A stretch of DNA of 59,496 nt, taken from Azolla caroliniana. Its lineage: Eukaryota; Plantae; Polypodiophyta. The DNA lies in assembly GCA_043228905.1 (NCBI GenBank), contig JBHGNT010000178.1, forward strand, positions 1-59,496, written 5' to 3'. Positions within the stretch are counted from its first letter, which is position 1. Each line of letters opens with the position of its first letter. Of the stretch, positions 26,031 to 38,300 are shown piece by piece. The notes under the pieces are model-generated. The model searched no databases. It was not told the origin of the DNA and was given only the letters and a program-made list of their open reading frames with translations. A program made the translations under genes and the position numbers.

Positions 26031-29000
26031 ATGTATCTCGACCTGAGTGTCAAAATCTTGATTTGTTAATTCCATATCATAGGTAGCGTTGTTAGCTTCA
26101 ATTCGCATGTTTGAACACAAAAATCCGATATTACACGAGCCAGGTATGAACATTTTAATTTACTCAAGGGCTCCTCTCAACTCACTCCTCAAATTTGGTA
26201 ATTCCGTCATGTGTCTCGACCTGAGTTTCAAAATCTTGATTTTTTAATTCCGTATCATACCTAGCGTTGTTAGCTTCGATTCGGATGTTTGACCACAAAA
26301 ATCCGATATCACACGAGCCAAGTATGAACATTTTAATTTGCCTCCTAGCTCTTCTCCACTCACTCCTCAAATTTGGTAATTTCTTCATGTCTCTCGACCT
26401 GAGTTTCAAAATCTTGATTTTTTAATTCCATATCATAGCTAGCGTTGTTAGCTTCGATTCGCATGTTTGAACACAAAAATCCTATATTACACGAGCCAGG
26501 TATGAACATTTTGATTTACTCAAGGGCTCCTCTCAACTCACTCCTCAAATTTGGTAATTTCGTCATGTCTCTCGCCCTGAGTTTCAAAATCTTGCTTTTT
26601 TAATTCCATGTCATAGCTAGCGTTGTTAGCTTCGATTCGCATGTTTGAACACAAAAATCCGATATCACACGAGCTAGGTATGAACATTTTCGTTTACCCA
26701 CTAGCTCGTCTTAACTCACTCCTCAAATTTGGTAATTTCATCATGTCTCTCGACCTGAGTTTCAAAATCTTGATTTTTTAATTCCATATCATAGCTAGCG
26801 TTGTTAGCTTCGATTCGCATGTTTGAACACAAAAATCCGATATCACACGTGCCAGGTATGAACATTTTAATTTACTCAAGGGCTCCTCTCAACTCACTCC
26901 TCAAATTTGGTAATTTCTTCATGTCTCTCGACCTGAGTTTCAAAATCTTGATTTTTTAATTCCATATCATAGCTAGCATTGTTAGCTTCGATTCGCATGT
27001 TTGAACACAAATATACGATATCACACGAGCCAGGTATGAACTATTTAATTTACCTCCTAGCTCTTCTCAACTCACTCCTCAAATTTGGAAATTTCGTCAT
27101 GTCTCTCGACCTGAGTTTCAAAATCTTGATTTTTTAATTCCATATCATAGCTAGCGTTGTTAGCTTCGATTCGCATGTTTGAACACAAAAATCCGATATT
27201 ACACGAGCCAGGTATGAACATTTTCATTTACTCAAGGGCTCCTCTCAAGTCACTCCTCAAATTTGGTAATTTCTTCATGTCTGTCGACCTGAGTTTCAAA
27301 ATCTTGATTTTTTAATTCCATATCATAGCTAACGTTGTTAGCTTCGATTCGCATGTTTGAACACAAAAACCCTATATTACACGAGCCAGGTATGAACATT
27401 TTAAATTACTCAAGGGCTCCTCTCAACTCACTCCTCAAATTTGGTAATTCCGTCATGTGTCTCGACCTGAGTTTCAAAATCTTGATTTTTTAATTCCGTA
27501 TCATACCTAGCGTTGTTAGCTTCGATTCGGATGTTTGACCACAAAAATCCGATATCACACGAGCCAAGTATGAACATTTTAATTTACCTCCTAGCTCTTC
27601 TCCACTCACTCCTCAAATTTGGTAATTTCTTCATGTCTCTCGACCTGAGTTTCAAAATCTTGATTTTTTAATTCCATATCATAGCTAGCGTTGTTAGCTT
27701 CGATTCGCATGTTTGAACACAAAAATCCGATATTACACGAGCCAGGTATGAACATTTTGATTTACTCAAGGGCTCCTCTCAACTCACTCCTCAAATTTGG
27801 TAATTTCGTCATGTCTCTCGCCCTGAGTTTCAAAATCTTGCTTTTTTAATTCCATGTCATAGCTAGCGTTGTTAGCTTCGATTCGCATGTTTGAACACAA
27901 AAATCCGATATCACACGAGCTAGGTATGAACATTTTCGTTTACCCACTAGCTCGTCTTAACTCACTCCTCAAATTTGGTAATTTCATCATGTCTCTCGAC
28001 CTGAGTTTCAAAATCTTGATTTTTTAATTCCATATCATAGCTAGCGTTGTTAGCTTCGATTCGCATGTTTGAACACAAAAATCCGATATCACACGTGCCA
28101 GGTATGAACATTTTAATTTACTCAAGGGCTCCTCTCAACTCACTCCTCAAATTTGGTAATTTCTTCATGTCTCTCGACCTGAGTTTCAAAATCTTGATTT
28201 TTTAATTCCATATCATAGCTAGCATTGTTAGCTTCGATTCGCATGTTTGAACACAAATATACGATATCACACGAGCCAGGTATGAATATTTTCATTTACT
28301 CAAGGGCTCCTCTCAAGTCACTCCTCAAATTTGGTAATTTCTTCATGTCTGTCGACCTGAGTTTCAAAATCTTGATTTTTTAATTCCATATCATAGCTAA
28401 CGTTGTTAGCTTCGATTCGCATGTTTGAACACAAAAACCCTATATTACACGAGCCAGGTATGAACATTTTAAATTACTCAAGGGCTCCTCTCAACTCACT
28501 CCTCAAATTTGGTAATTCCGTCATGTATCTCGACCTGAGTGTCAAAATCTTGATTTGTTAATTCCATATCATAGGTAGCGTTGTTAGCTTCAATTCGCAT
28601 GTTTGAACACAAAAATCCGATATTACACGAGCCAGGTATGAACATTTTAATTTACTCAAGGGCTCCTCTCAACTCACTCCTCAAATTTGGTAATTCCGTC
28701 ATGTGTCTCGACCTGAGTTTCAAAATCTTGATTTTTTAATTCCGTATCATACCTAGCGTTGTTAGCTTCGATTCGGATGTTTGACCACAAAAATCCGATA
28801 TCACACGAGCCAAGTATGAACATTTTAATTTGCCTCCTAGCTCTTCTCCACTCACTCCTCAAATTTGGTAATTTCTTCATGTCTCTCGACCTGAGTTTCA
28901 AAATCTTGATTTTTTAATTCCATATCATAGCTAGCGTTGTTAGCTTCGATTCGCATGTTTGAACACAAAAATCCGATATTACACGAGCCAGGTATGAACA

Positions 29001-29800
29001 TTTTGATTTACTCAAGGGCTCCTCTCAACTCACTACTTAAATTTGGAAATTTCGTCATGTCTCTCGACCTGAGTTTCAAAATCTTGATTTTTTAATTCCA
29101 TATCATAGCTAGCGTTGTTAGCTTCGATTCGCATGTTTGAACACAAAAATCCGATATCACACGAGCTAGGTATGAACATTTTCGTTTACCCACTAGCTCG
29201 TCTTAACTCACTCCTCAAATTTGGTAATTTCCTCATGTCTCTCGACCTGAGTTTCAAAATCTTGATTTCTTAATTCCATATCATAGCTAGCGTTGTTAGC
29301 TTCGATTCGCATGTTTGAACACAAATATACGATATCACACGAGCCAGGTATGAACTATTTAATTTACCTCCTAGCTCTTCTCAACTCACTCCTCAAATTT
29401 GGAAATTTCGTCATGTCTCTCGACCTGAGTTTCAAAATCTTGATTTTTTAATTCCATATCATAGCTAGCGTTGTTAGCTTCGATTCGCATGTTTGAACAC
29501 AAATATCCGATATCACACGAGCTAGGTATGAACATTTTCGTTTACCCACTAGCTCGTCTTAACTCACTCCTCAAATTTGGTAATTTCCTCATGTCTCTCG
29601 ACCTGAGTTTCAAAATCTTGATTTCTTAATTCCATATCATAGCTAGCGTTGTTAGCTTCGATTCGCATGTTTGAACACAAATATACGATATCACACGAGC
29701 CAGGTATGAACTATTTAATTTACCTCCTAGCTCTTCTCAACTCACTCCTCAAATTTGGAAATTTCGTCATGTCTCTCGACCTGAGTTTCAAAATCTTGAT
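24480..29800. repeat. Imperfect 7-8-monomer higher-order repeat region
   Basis: The variant GTTTACCCACTAGCTCGTCTTAAC has its CCC at 25273, 26697, 27943, 29189 and 29545 (spacings of 8, 7, 7 and 2 monomers). The TTTGCCTCC variant repeats at 2492 bp (14 monomers). Confidence 0.8.
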
Positions 29801-30405
29801 TTTTTAATTCCGTATCATACCTAGCATTGTTAGCTTCGATTCGCATGTTTGACCACAAAAATCCGATATCACACGAGCCAAGTATGAACATTTTAATTTA
29901 CCTCCTAGCTCTTCTCCACTCACTCCTCAAATTTGGTAATTTCTTCATGTCTCTCGACCTGAGTTTCAAAATCTTGATTTTTTAATTCCATATCATAGCT
30001 AGCGTTGTTAGCTTCGATTCGCATGTTTGAACACAAAAATCCTATATTACACGAGCCAGGTATGAACATTTTGATTTACTCAAGGGCTCCTCTCAACTCA
30101 CTCCTCAAATTTGGTAATTCCGTCATGTATCTCGACCTGAGTTTCAAAATCTTGATTTTTTAATTCCATATCAGAGCTAGCGTTGTTAGCTTCGATTCCC
30201 ATGTTTGAACACAAAAATCCGATATGATACGTGCCAGGTATGAACATTTTAATTTACTCAAGGGCTCCTCTCAACTCACTCCTCAAATTTGGAAATTTCG
30301 TCATGTCTCTCGACCTGAGTTTCAAAATCTTGATTTTTTAATTCCATATCATAGCTAGCGTTGTTAGCTACAATTCGTATGTTTGAACACAAAAATCCGA
30401 TATCA

Positions 30406-30437
30406 GGGTTTAGGGTTTAGGGTTTTTGGGTTTAGGG
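30406..30437 (+). repeat. Short interstitial telomeric sequence (GGG TTTAGGG TTTAGGG TTTTTGGG TTTAGGG) replacing monomer positions 53-151
   Basis: Reads ...CCGATATCA|GGGTTTAGGGTTTAGGGTTTTTGGGTTTAGGG|ATCTTGATTTTTT... The 32 bp replace 99 bp (modulo 178) of satellite. Confidence 0.97.
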
Positions 30438-33400
30438 ATCTTGATTTTTTAATTCCGTATCATACCTAGCGTTGTTAGGTTCGATTCGCATGTTTGACCA
30501 CAAAAATCCGATATCACACGAGCCAAGTATGAACATTTTAATTTACCTCCTAGCTCTTCTCCACTCACTCCTCAAATATGGTAATTTCTTCAAGTCTCTC
30601 GACCTGAGTTTCAAAATCTTGATTTTTTAATTCCATCTCATAGCTAGCATTGTTAGCTTCGATTCGCATGTTTGAACACAAAAATCCGATATCACACGAG
30701 CCAGGTATGAACTATTTAATTTACCTCCTAGCTCTTCTCAACTCACTCCTCAAATTTGGAAATTTTGTCATGTCTCTCGACCTGAGTTTCAAAATCTTGA
30801 TTTTTTAATTCCATGTCATAGCTAGCGTTGTTAGCTTCGATTCGCATGTTTGAACACAAAAATCCGATATCACACGAGCCAGGTATGAACTATTTAATTT
30901 ACCTCCTAGCTCTTCTCAACTCACTCCTCAAATTTGGAAATTTCGTCATGTATCTCGACCTGAGTTTCAAAATCTTGATTTTTTAATTCCATATCAGAGC
31001 TAGCGTTGTTAGCTTCGATTCCCATGTTTGAACACAAAAATCCGATATGATACGTGCCAGGTATGAACATTTTAATTTACTCAGGGCTCCTCTCAACTCA
31101 CTCCTCAAATTTGGAAATTTCTTGATGTCTCTCGACCTGAGTTTCAAAATCTTGATTTTTTAATTCCATATCATAGCTAGCATTGTTAGCTTCAATTCGC
31201 ATGTTTGAACACAAAAACCCTATATTACACAAGCCAGGTATGAACATTTTAATTTACTCAAGGGCTCCTCTCAACTCACTCCTCAAATTTGGTAATTCCG
31301 TCATGTATCTCGACCTGAGTTTCAAAATCTTGATTTTTTAATTCCATATCAGAGCTAGCGTTGTTAGCTTCGATTCCCATGTTTGAACACAAAAATCCGA
31401 TATCACACGTGCCAGGTATGAACATTTTCATTTACTCAAGGGCTCCTCTCAACTCACTACTCAAATTTGGTAATTTCGTCATGTCTCTCGACCTGAGTTT
31501 CAAAATCTTGATTTTTTAATTCCATATCATAGCTAGCGTTGTTAGCTTCGATTCGCATGTTTGAACACAAAAATCCGATATGATACGAGCCAGGTATGAA
31601 CTATTTAATTTACTCAAGGGCTCCTCTCAACTCACTCCTCAAATTTGGTAATTCCGTCATGTGTCTCGACCTGAGTTTCAAAATCTTGATTTTTTAATTC
31701 CGTATCATACCTAGCGTTGTTAGGTTCGATTCGCATGTTTGACCACAAAAATCCGATATCACACGAGCCAAGTATGAACATTTTAATTTACCTCCTAGCT
31801 CTTCTCCACTCACTCCTCAAATATGGTAATTTCTTCAAGTCTCTCGACCTGAGTTTCAAAATCTTGATTTTTTAATTCCATATCATAGCTAGCATTGTTA
31901 GCTTCGATTCGCATGTTTGAACACAAAAATCCGATATCACACGAGCCAGGTATGAACTATTTAATTTACCTCCTAGCTCTTCTCAACTCACTCCTCAAAT
32001 TTGGAAATTTTGTCATGTCTCTCGACCTGAGTTTCAAAATCTTGATTTCTTAATTCTATATCATAGCTAGCGTTGTTAGCTTCGATTCGCATGTTTGAAC
32101 ACAAAAATCCGATATTACACGAGCCAGGTATGAACATTTTCATTTACTGAAGGGCTCCTCTCAAGTCACTCCTCAAATTTGGTAATTTCGTCATGTCTCT
32201 CGACCTGAGTTTCAAAATCTTGATTTTTTAATTCCATATCATAGCTAGCGTTGTTAGCTTCGATTCGCATGTTTGAACACAAATATACGATATCACACGA
32301 GCCAGGTATGACCTATTTAATTTACCTCCTAGCTCTTCTCAACTCACTCCTCAAATTTGGAAATTTCGTCATGTCTCTCGACCTGAGTTTCAAAATCTTG
32401 ATTTTTTAATTCCATGTCATAGCTAGCGTTGTTAGCTTCGATTCGCATGTTTGAACACAAAAATCCGATATTACACGAGCCAGGTATGAACATTTTCATT
32501 TACTCAAGGGCTCCTCTCAAGTCACTCCTCAAATTTGGTAATTTCTTCATGTCTCTCGACCTGAGTTTCAAAATCTTGATTTTTTAATTCCATATCATAG
32601 CTAGCATTGTTAGCTTCGATTCGCATGTTTGAACACAAATATACGATATCATACGAGCCAGGTATGAACTATTTAATTTACCTCCTAGCTCTTCTCAACT
32701 CACTCCTCAAATTTGGAAATTTCGTCATGTCTCTCGACCTGAGTATCAAAATCTTGATTTTTTAATTCCATATCATAGCTAGCGTTGTTAGCTTCGATTC
32801 GCATGTTTGAATACAAAAATCCGATATTACACGAGCCAGGTATGAACATTTTCATTTACTCAAGGGCTCCTCTCAACTCACTACTCAAATTTGGAAATTT
32901 CGTCATGTCTCTCGACCTGAGTTTTAAAATCTTGATTTTTTAATTCCATATCATAGCTAGCGTTGTTAGCTTCGATTCGCATGTTTGAACACAAAAATCC
33001 GATATTACACGAGCCAGGTATGAACATTTTCATTTACTCAAGGGCTCCTCTCAACTCACTACTCAAATTTGGTAATTTCGTCATGTCTCTCGACCTGAGT
33101 TTCAAAATCTTGATTTTTTAATTCCATATCATAGCTAGCGTTGTTAGCTTCGATTCGCATGTTTGAACACAAAAATCCGATATTACACGAGCCAGGTATG
33201 AACATTTTCATTTACTCAAGGGCTCCTCTCAACTCACTACTCAAATTTGAAAATTTCGTCATGTCTCTCGACCTGAGTTTTAAAATCTTGATTTTTTAAT
33301 TCCATATCATAGCTAGCATTGTTAGCTTCGATTCGCATGTTTGAACACAAAAATCCGATATTACACGAACCAGGTATGAACATTTTCATTTACTCAAGGG

Positions 33401-35362
33401 CTCCTCTCAACTCACTACTCAAATTTGGTAATTTCGTCATGTCTCTCGACCTGAGTTTCAAAATCTTGATTTTTTAATTCCGTATCATAGCTAGCGTTGT
33501 TAGCTTCGATTCGCATGTTTGAACACAAAAATCCGATATAATACGAGCCAGGTATGAACATTTTAATTTACTCAAGGGCTCCTCTCAACTCACTACTCAA
33601 ATTTGGTAATTTCGTCATGTCTCTCGACCTGAGTTTCAAAATCTTGATTTTTTAATTCCATATCATAGCTAGCGTTGTTAGCTTCGATTCGCATGTTTGA
33701 ACACAAAAATCCGATATGATACGAGCCAGCTATGAACATTTTAATTTACTCAAGGGCTCCTCTCAACTCACTCCTCCAATTTGGTAATTCCGTCATGTGT
33801 CTCGACCTGAGTTTCAAAATCTTGATTTTTTAATTCCGTATCATAGCTAGCGTTGTTAGCTTCGATTCCCATGTTTGAACACAAAAATCCGATATTACAC
33901 GTGCCAGGTATGAACATTTTCATTTACTCAAGGGCTCCTCTCAACTCACTACTCAAATTTGGTAATTTCGTCATGTCTCTCGACCTGAGTTTCAAAATCT
34001 TGATTTTTTAATTCCATATCATAGCTAGCGTTGTTAGCTTCGATTCGCATGTTTGAACACAAAAATCCGATATGATACGAGCCAGGTATGAACATTTTAA
34101 TTTACTCAAGGGCTCCTCTCAACTCACTCCTCAAATTTGGTAATTCCGTCATGTGTCTCGACCTGAGTTTCAAAATCTTGATTTTTTAATTCCGTATCAT
34201 ACCTAGCGTTGTTAGGTTCGATTCGCATGTTTGACCACAAAAATCCGATATCACACGAGCCAAGTATGAACATTTTAATTTACCTCCTAGCTCTTCTCCA
34301 CTCACTCCTCAAATTTGGTAATTTCTTCAAGTCTCTCGACCTGAGTTTCAAAATCTTGATTTTTTAATTCCATATCATAGCTAGCGTTGTTAGCTTCGAT
34401 TCGCATGTTTGAACACAAAAACCCTATATTACACGAGCCAGGTATGAACATTTTAATTTACTCAAGGGCTCCTCTCAAGTCACTCCTCAAATTTGGTAAT
34501 TTCGTCATGTCTCTCGACCTGAGTTTCAAAATCTTGATTTTTTAATTCCATGTCATAGCTAGCGTTGTTAGCTTCGATTCGCATGTTTGAACACAAAAAT
34601 CCGATATTACACGAGCCAGGTATGAACATTTTAATTTACTCAAGGGCTCCTCTCAACTCACTCCTCAAATTTGGTAATTCCGTCATGTGTCTCGACCTGA
34701 GTTTCAAAATCTTGATTTTTTAATTCCGTATCATACCTAGCGTTGTTAGGTTCGATTCGCATGTTTGACCACAAAAATCCGATATCACACGAGCCAAGTA
34801 TGAACATTTTAATTTACCTCCTAGCTCTTCTCCACTCACTCCTCAAATATGGTAATTTCTTCAAGTCTCTCGACCTGAGTTTCAAAATCTTGATTTTTTA
34901 ATTCCATATCATAGCTAGCATTGTTAGCTTCGATTCGCATGTTTGAACACAAAAATCCGATATCACACGAGCCAGGTATGAACTATTTAATTTACCTCCT
35001 AGCTCTTCTCAACTCACTCCTCAAATTTGGAAATTTCGTCATGTCTCTCGACCTGAGTTTCAAAATCTTGATTTTTTAATTCCATATCATAGCTAGCGTT
35101 GTTAGCTTCGATTCGCATGTTTGAACACAAAAATCCGATATTACACGAGCCAGGTATGAACATTTTCATTTACTGAAGGGCTCCTCTCAAGTCACTCCTC
35201 AAATTTGGTAATTTCGTCATGTCTCTCGACCTGAGTTTCAAAATCTTGATTTTTTAATTCCAGATCATAGCTAGCGTTGTTAGCTTCGATTCGCATGTTT
35301 GAACACAAATATACGATATCACACGAGCCAGGTATGAACTATTTAATTTACCTCCTAGCTCT

Positions 35363-38300
35363 TCTCAACTCACTCCTCAAATTTGGAAATTTCGTCATGT
35401 CTCTCGACCTGAGTTTCAAAATCTTGATTTTTTAATTCCATGTCATAGCTAGCGTTGTTAGCTTCGATTCGCATGTTTGAACACAAAAATCCGATATTAC
35501 ACGAGCCAGGTATGAACATTTTAATTTACTCAAGGGCTGCTCTCAACTCACTCCTCCAATTTGGTAATTCCGTCATGTGTCTCGACCTGAGTTTCAAAAT
35601 CTTGATTTTTTAATTCCGTATCATACCTAGCGTTGTTAGCTTCGATTCGCATGTTTGACCACAAAAATCCGATATCACACGAGCCAAGTATGAACATTTT
35701 AATTTACCTCCTAGCTCTTCTCCACTCACTCCTCAAATTTGGTAATTTCTTTATGTCTCTCGACCTGAGTTTCAAAATCTTGATTTTTTAATTCCATATC
35801 ATAGCTAGCGTTGTTAGCTTCGATTCGCATGTTTGAACACAAAAATCCTATATTACACGAGCCAGGTATGAACATTTTGATTTACTCAAGGGCTCCTCTC
35901 AACTCACTCCTCAAATTTGGTAATTCCGTCATGTATCTCGACCTGAGTTTCAAAATCTTGATTTTTTAATTCCATATCAGAGCTAGCGTTGTTAGCTTCG
36001 ATTCCCATGTTTGAACACAAAAATCCGATATAATACGTGCCAGGTATGAACATTTTAATTTACTCAAGGGCTCCTCTCAACTCACTCCTCAAATTTGGAA
36101 ATTTCGTCATGTCTCTCGACCTGAGTTTCAAAATCTTGATTTTTTAATTCCATATCATAGCTAGCGTTGTTAGCTTCAATTCGCATGTTTGAACACAAAA
36201 ATCCGATATCACACGAGCCAGGTATGGACATTTTCATTTACTCAAGGGCTCCTCCCCACTACTTCCTCAAGTTTGCTAATTTCATCATCTTTCTCGACCT
36301 GAGTGTCAAAATCTTGATTTTTTTATTCCATATCATAGCTAGCGTTGTTAGCTTCGATTCGCATGTTTGAACACAAAAATCCGATATTACACGAGCCAGT
36401 TATGAACATTTTCATTTACTCAAGGGCTCCTCTCAACTCACTCCTCAAATTTGGTAATTTCTTCATGTCTCTCGACCTGAGTTTCAAAATCTTGATTTTT
36501 TATTTCCATATCATAGCTAGCGTTGTTAGCTTCGATTCGCATGTTTGAACACAAAAATCCGATATAATACAAGCCAGGTATGAACATTTTAATTTACTCA
36601 AGGGCTCCTCTCAACTCACTCCTCCAATTTGGTAATTCCGTCATGTGTCTCGACCTGAGTTTCAAAATCTTGATTTTTTAATTCCGTATCATACCTAGCG
36701 TTGTTAGCTTCGATTCGCATGTTTGACCACAAAAATCCGATATCACACGAGCCAAGTATGAACATTTTAATTTACCTCCTAGCTCTTCTCCACTCACTCC
36801 TCAAATTTGGTAATTTCTTCATGTCTCTCGACCTGAGTTTCAGAATCTTGATTTTTTAATTCCATATCATAGCTAGCGTTGTTAGCTTCGATTCGCATGT
36901 TTGAACACAAAAATCCTATATTACACGAGCCAGGTATGAACATTTTGATTTACTCAAGGGCTCCTCTCAACTCACTCCTCAAATTTGGTAATTCCGTCAT
37001 GTATCTCGACCTGAGTTTCAAAATCTTGATTTTTTAATTCCATATCAGAGCTAGCGTTGTTAGCTTCGATTCCCATGTTTGAACACAAAAATCCGATATG
37101 ATACGTGCCAGGTATGAACATTTTAATTTACTCAAGGGCTCCTCTCAACTCACTCCTCAAATTTGGAAATTTCGTCATGTCTCTCGACCTGAGTTTCAAA
37201 ATCTTGATTTTTTAATTCCATATCATAGCTAGTGTTGTTAGCTTCAATTCGCATGTTTGAACACAAAAATCCGATATCACACGAGCCAGGTATGGACATT
37301 TTCATTTACTCAAGGGCTCCTCCCCACTACTTCCTCAAGTTTGCTAATTTCATCATCTTTCTCGACCTGAGTGTCAAAATCTTGATTTTTTAATTCCATA
37401 TCATAGCTAGCGTTGTTAGCTTCGATTCGCATGTTTGAACACAAAAATCCGATATTACACGAGCCAGTTATGAACATTTTCATTTACTCAAGGGCTCCTC
37501 TCCACTCACTCCTCAAATTTGGTAATTTCTTCAAGTCTCTCGACCTGAGTTTCAAAATCTTGATTTTTTAATTCCATATCATAGCTAGCGTTGTTAGCTT
37601 CGATTCGCATGTTTGAACACAAAAACCCTATATTACACGAGCCAGGTATGAACATTTAAATTTACTCAAGGGCTCCTCTCAACTCACTCCTCCAATTTGG
37701 TAATTCCGTCATGTGTCTCGACCTGAGTTTCAAAATCTTGATTTTTTAATTCCGTATCATACCTAGCGTTGTTAGCTTCAATTCGCATGTTTGACCACAA
37801 AAATCGGATATCACACGAGCCAAGTATGAACATTTTAATTTACCTCCTAGCTCTTCTCCACTCACTCCTCAAATTTGGTAATTTCTTCATGTCTCTCGAC
37901 CTGAGTTTCAAAATCTTGATGTTTTAATTCCATATCATAGCTAGCGTTGTTAGCTTCGATTCGCATGTTTGAACACAAAAATCCTATATTACACGAGCCA
38001 GGTATGAACATTTTAATTTAATCAAGGGCTCCTCTCAACTCACTCCTCAAATTTGGTAATTCCGTCATGTATCTCGACCTGAGTTTCAAAACCTTGATTT
38101 TTTAATTCCATATCAGAGCTAGCGTTGTTAGCTTCGATTCGCATGTTTGAACACAAAAATCCGATATCACACGAGCCAGGTATGGACATTTTCATTTACT
38201 CAAGGGCTCCTCCCCACTACTTCCTCAAGTTTGCTAATTTCATCATCTTTCTCGACCTGAGTGTCAAAATCTTGATTTTTTTATTCCATATCATAGCTAG

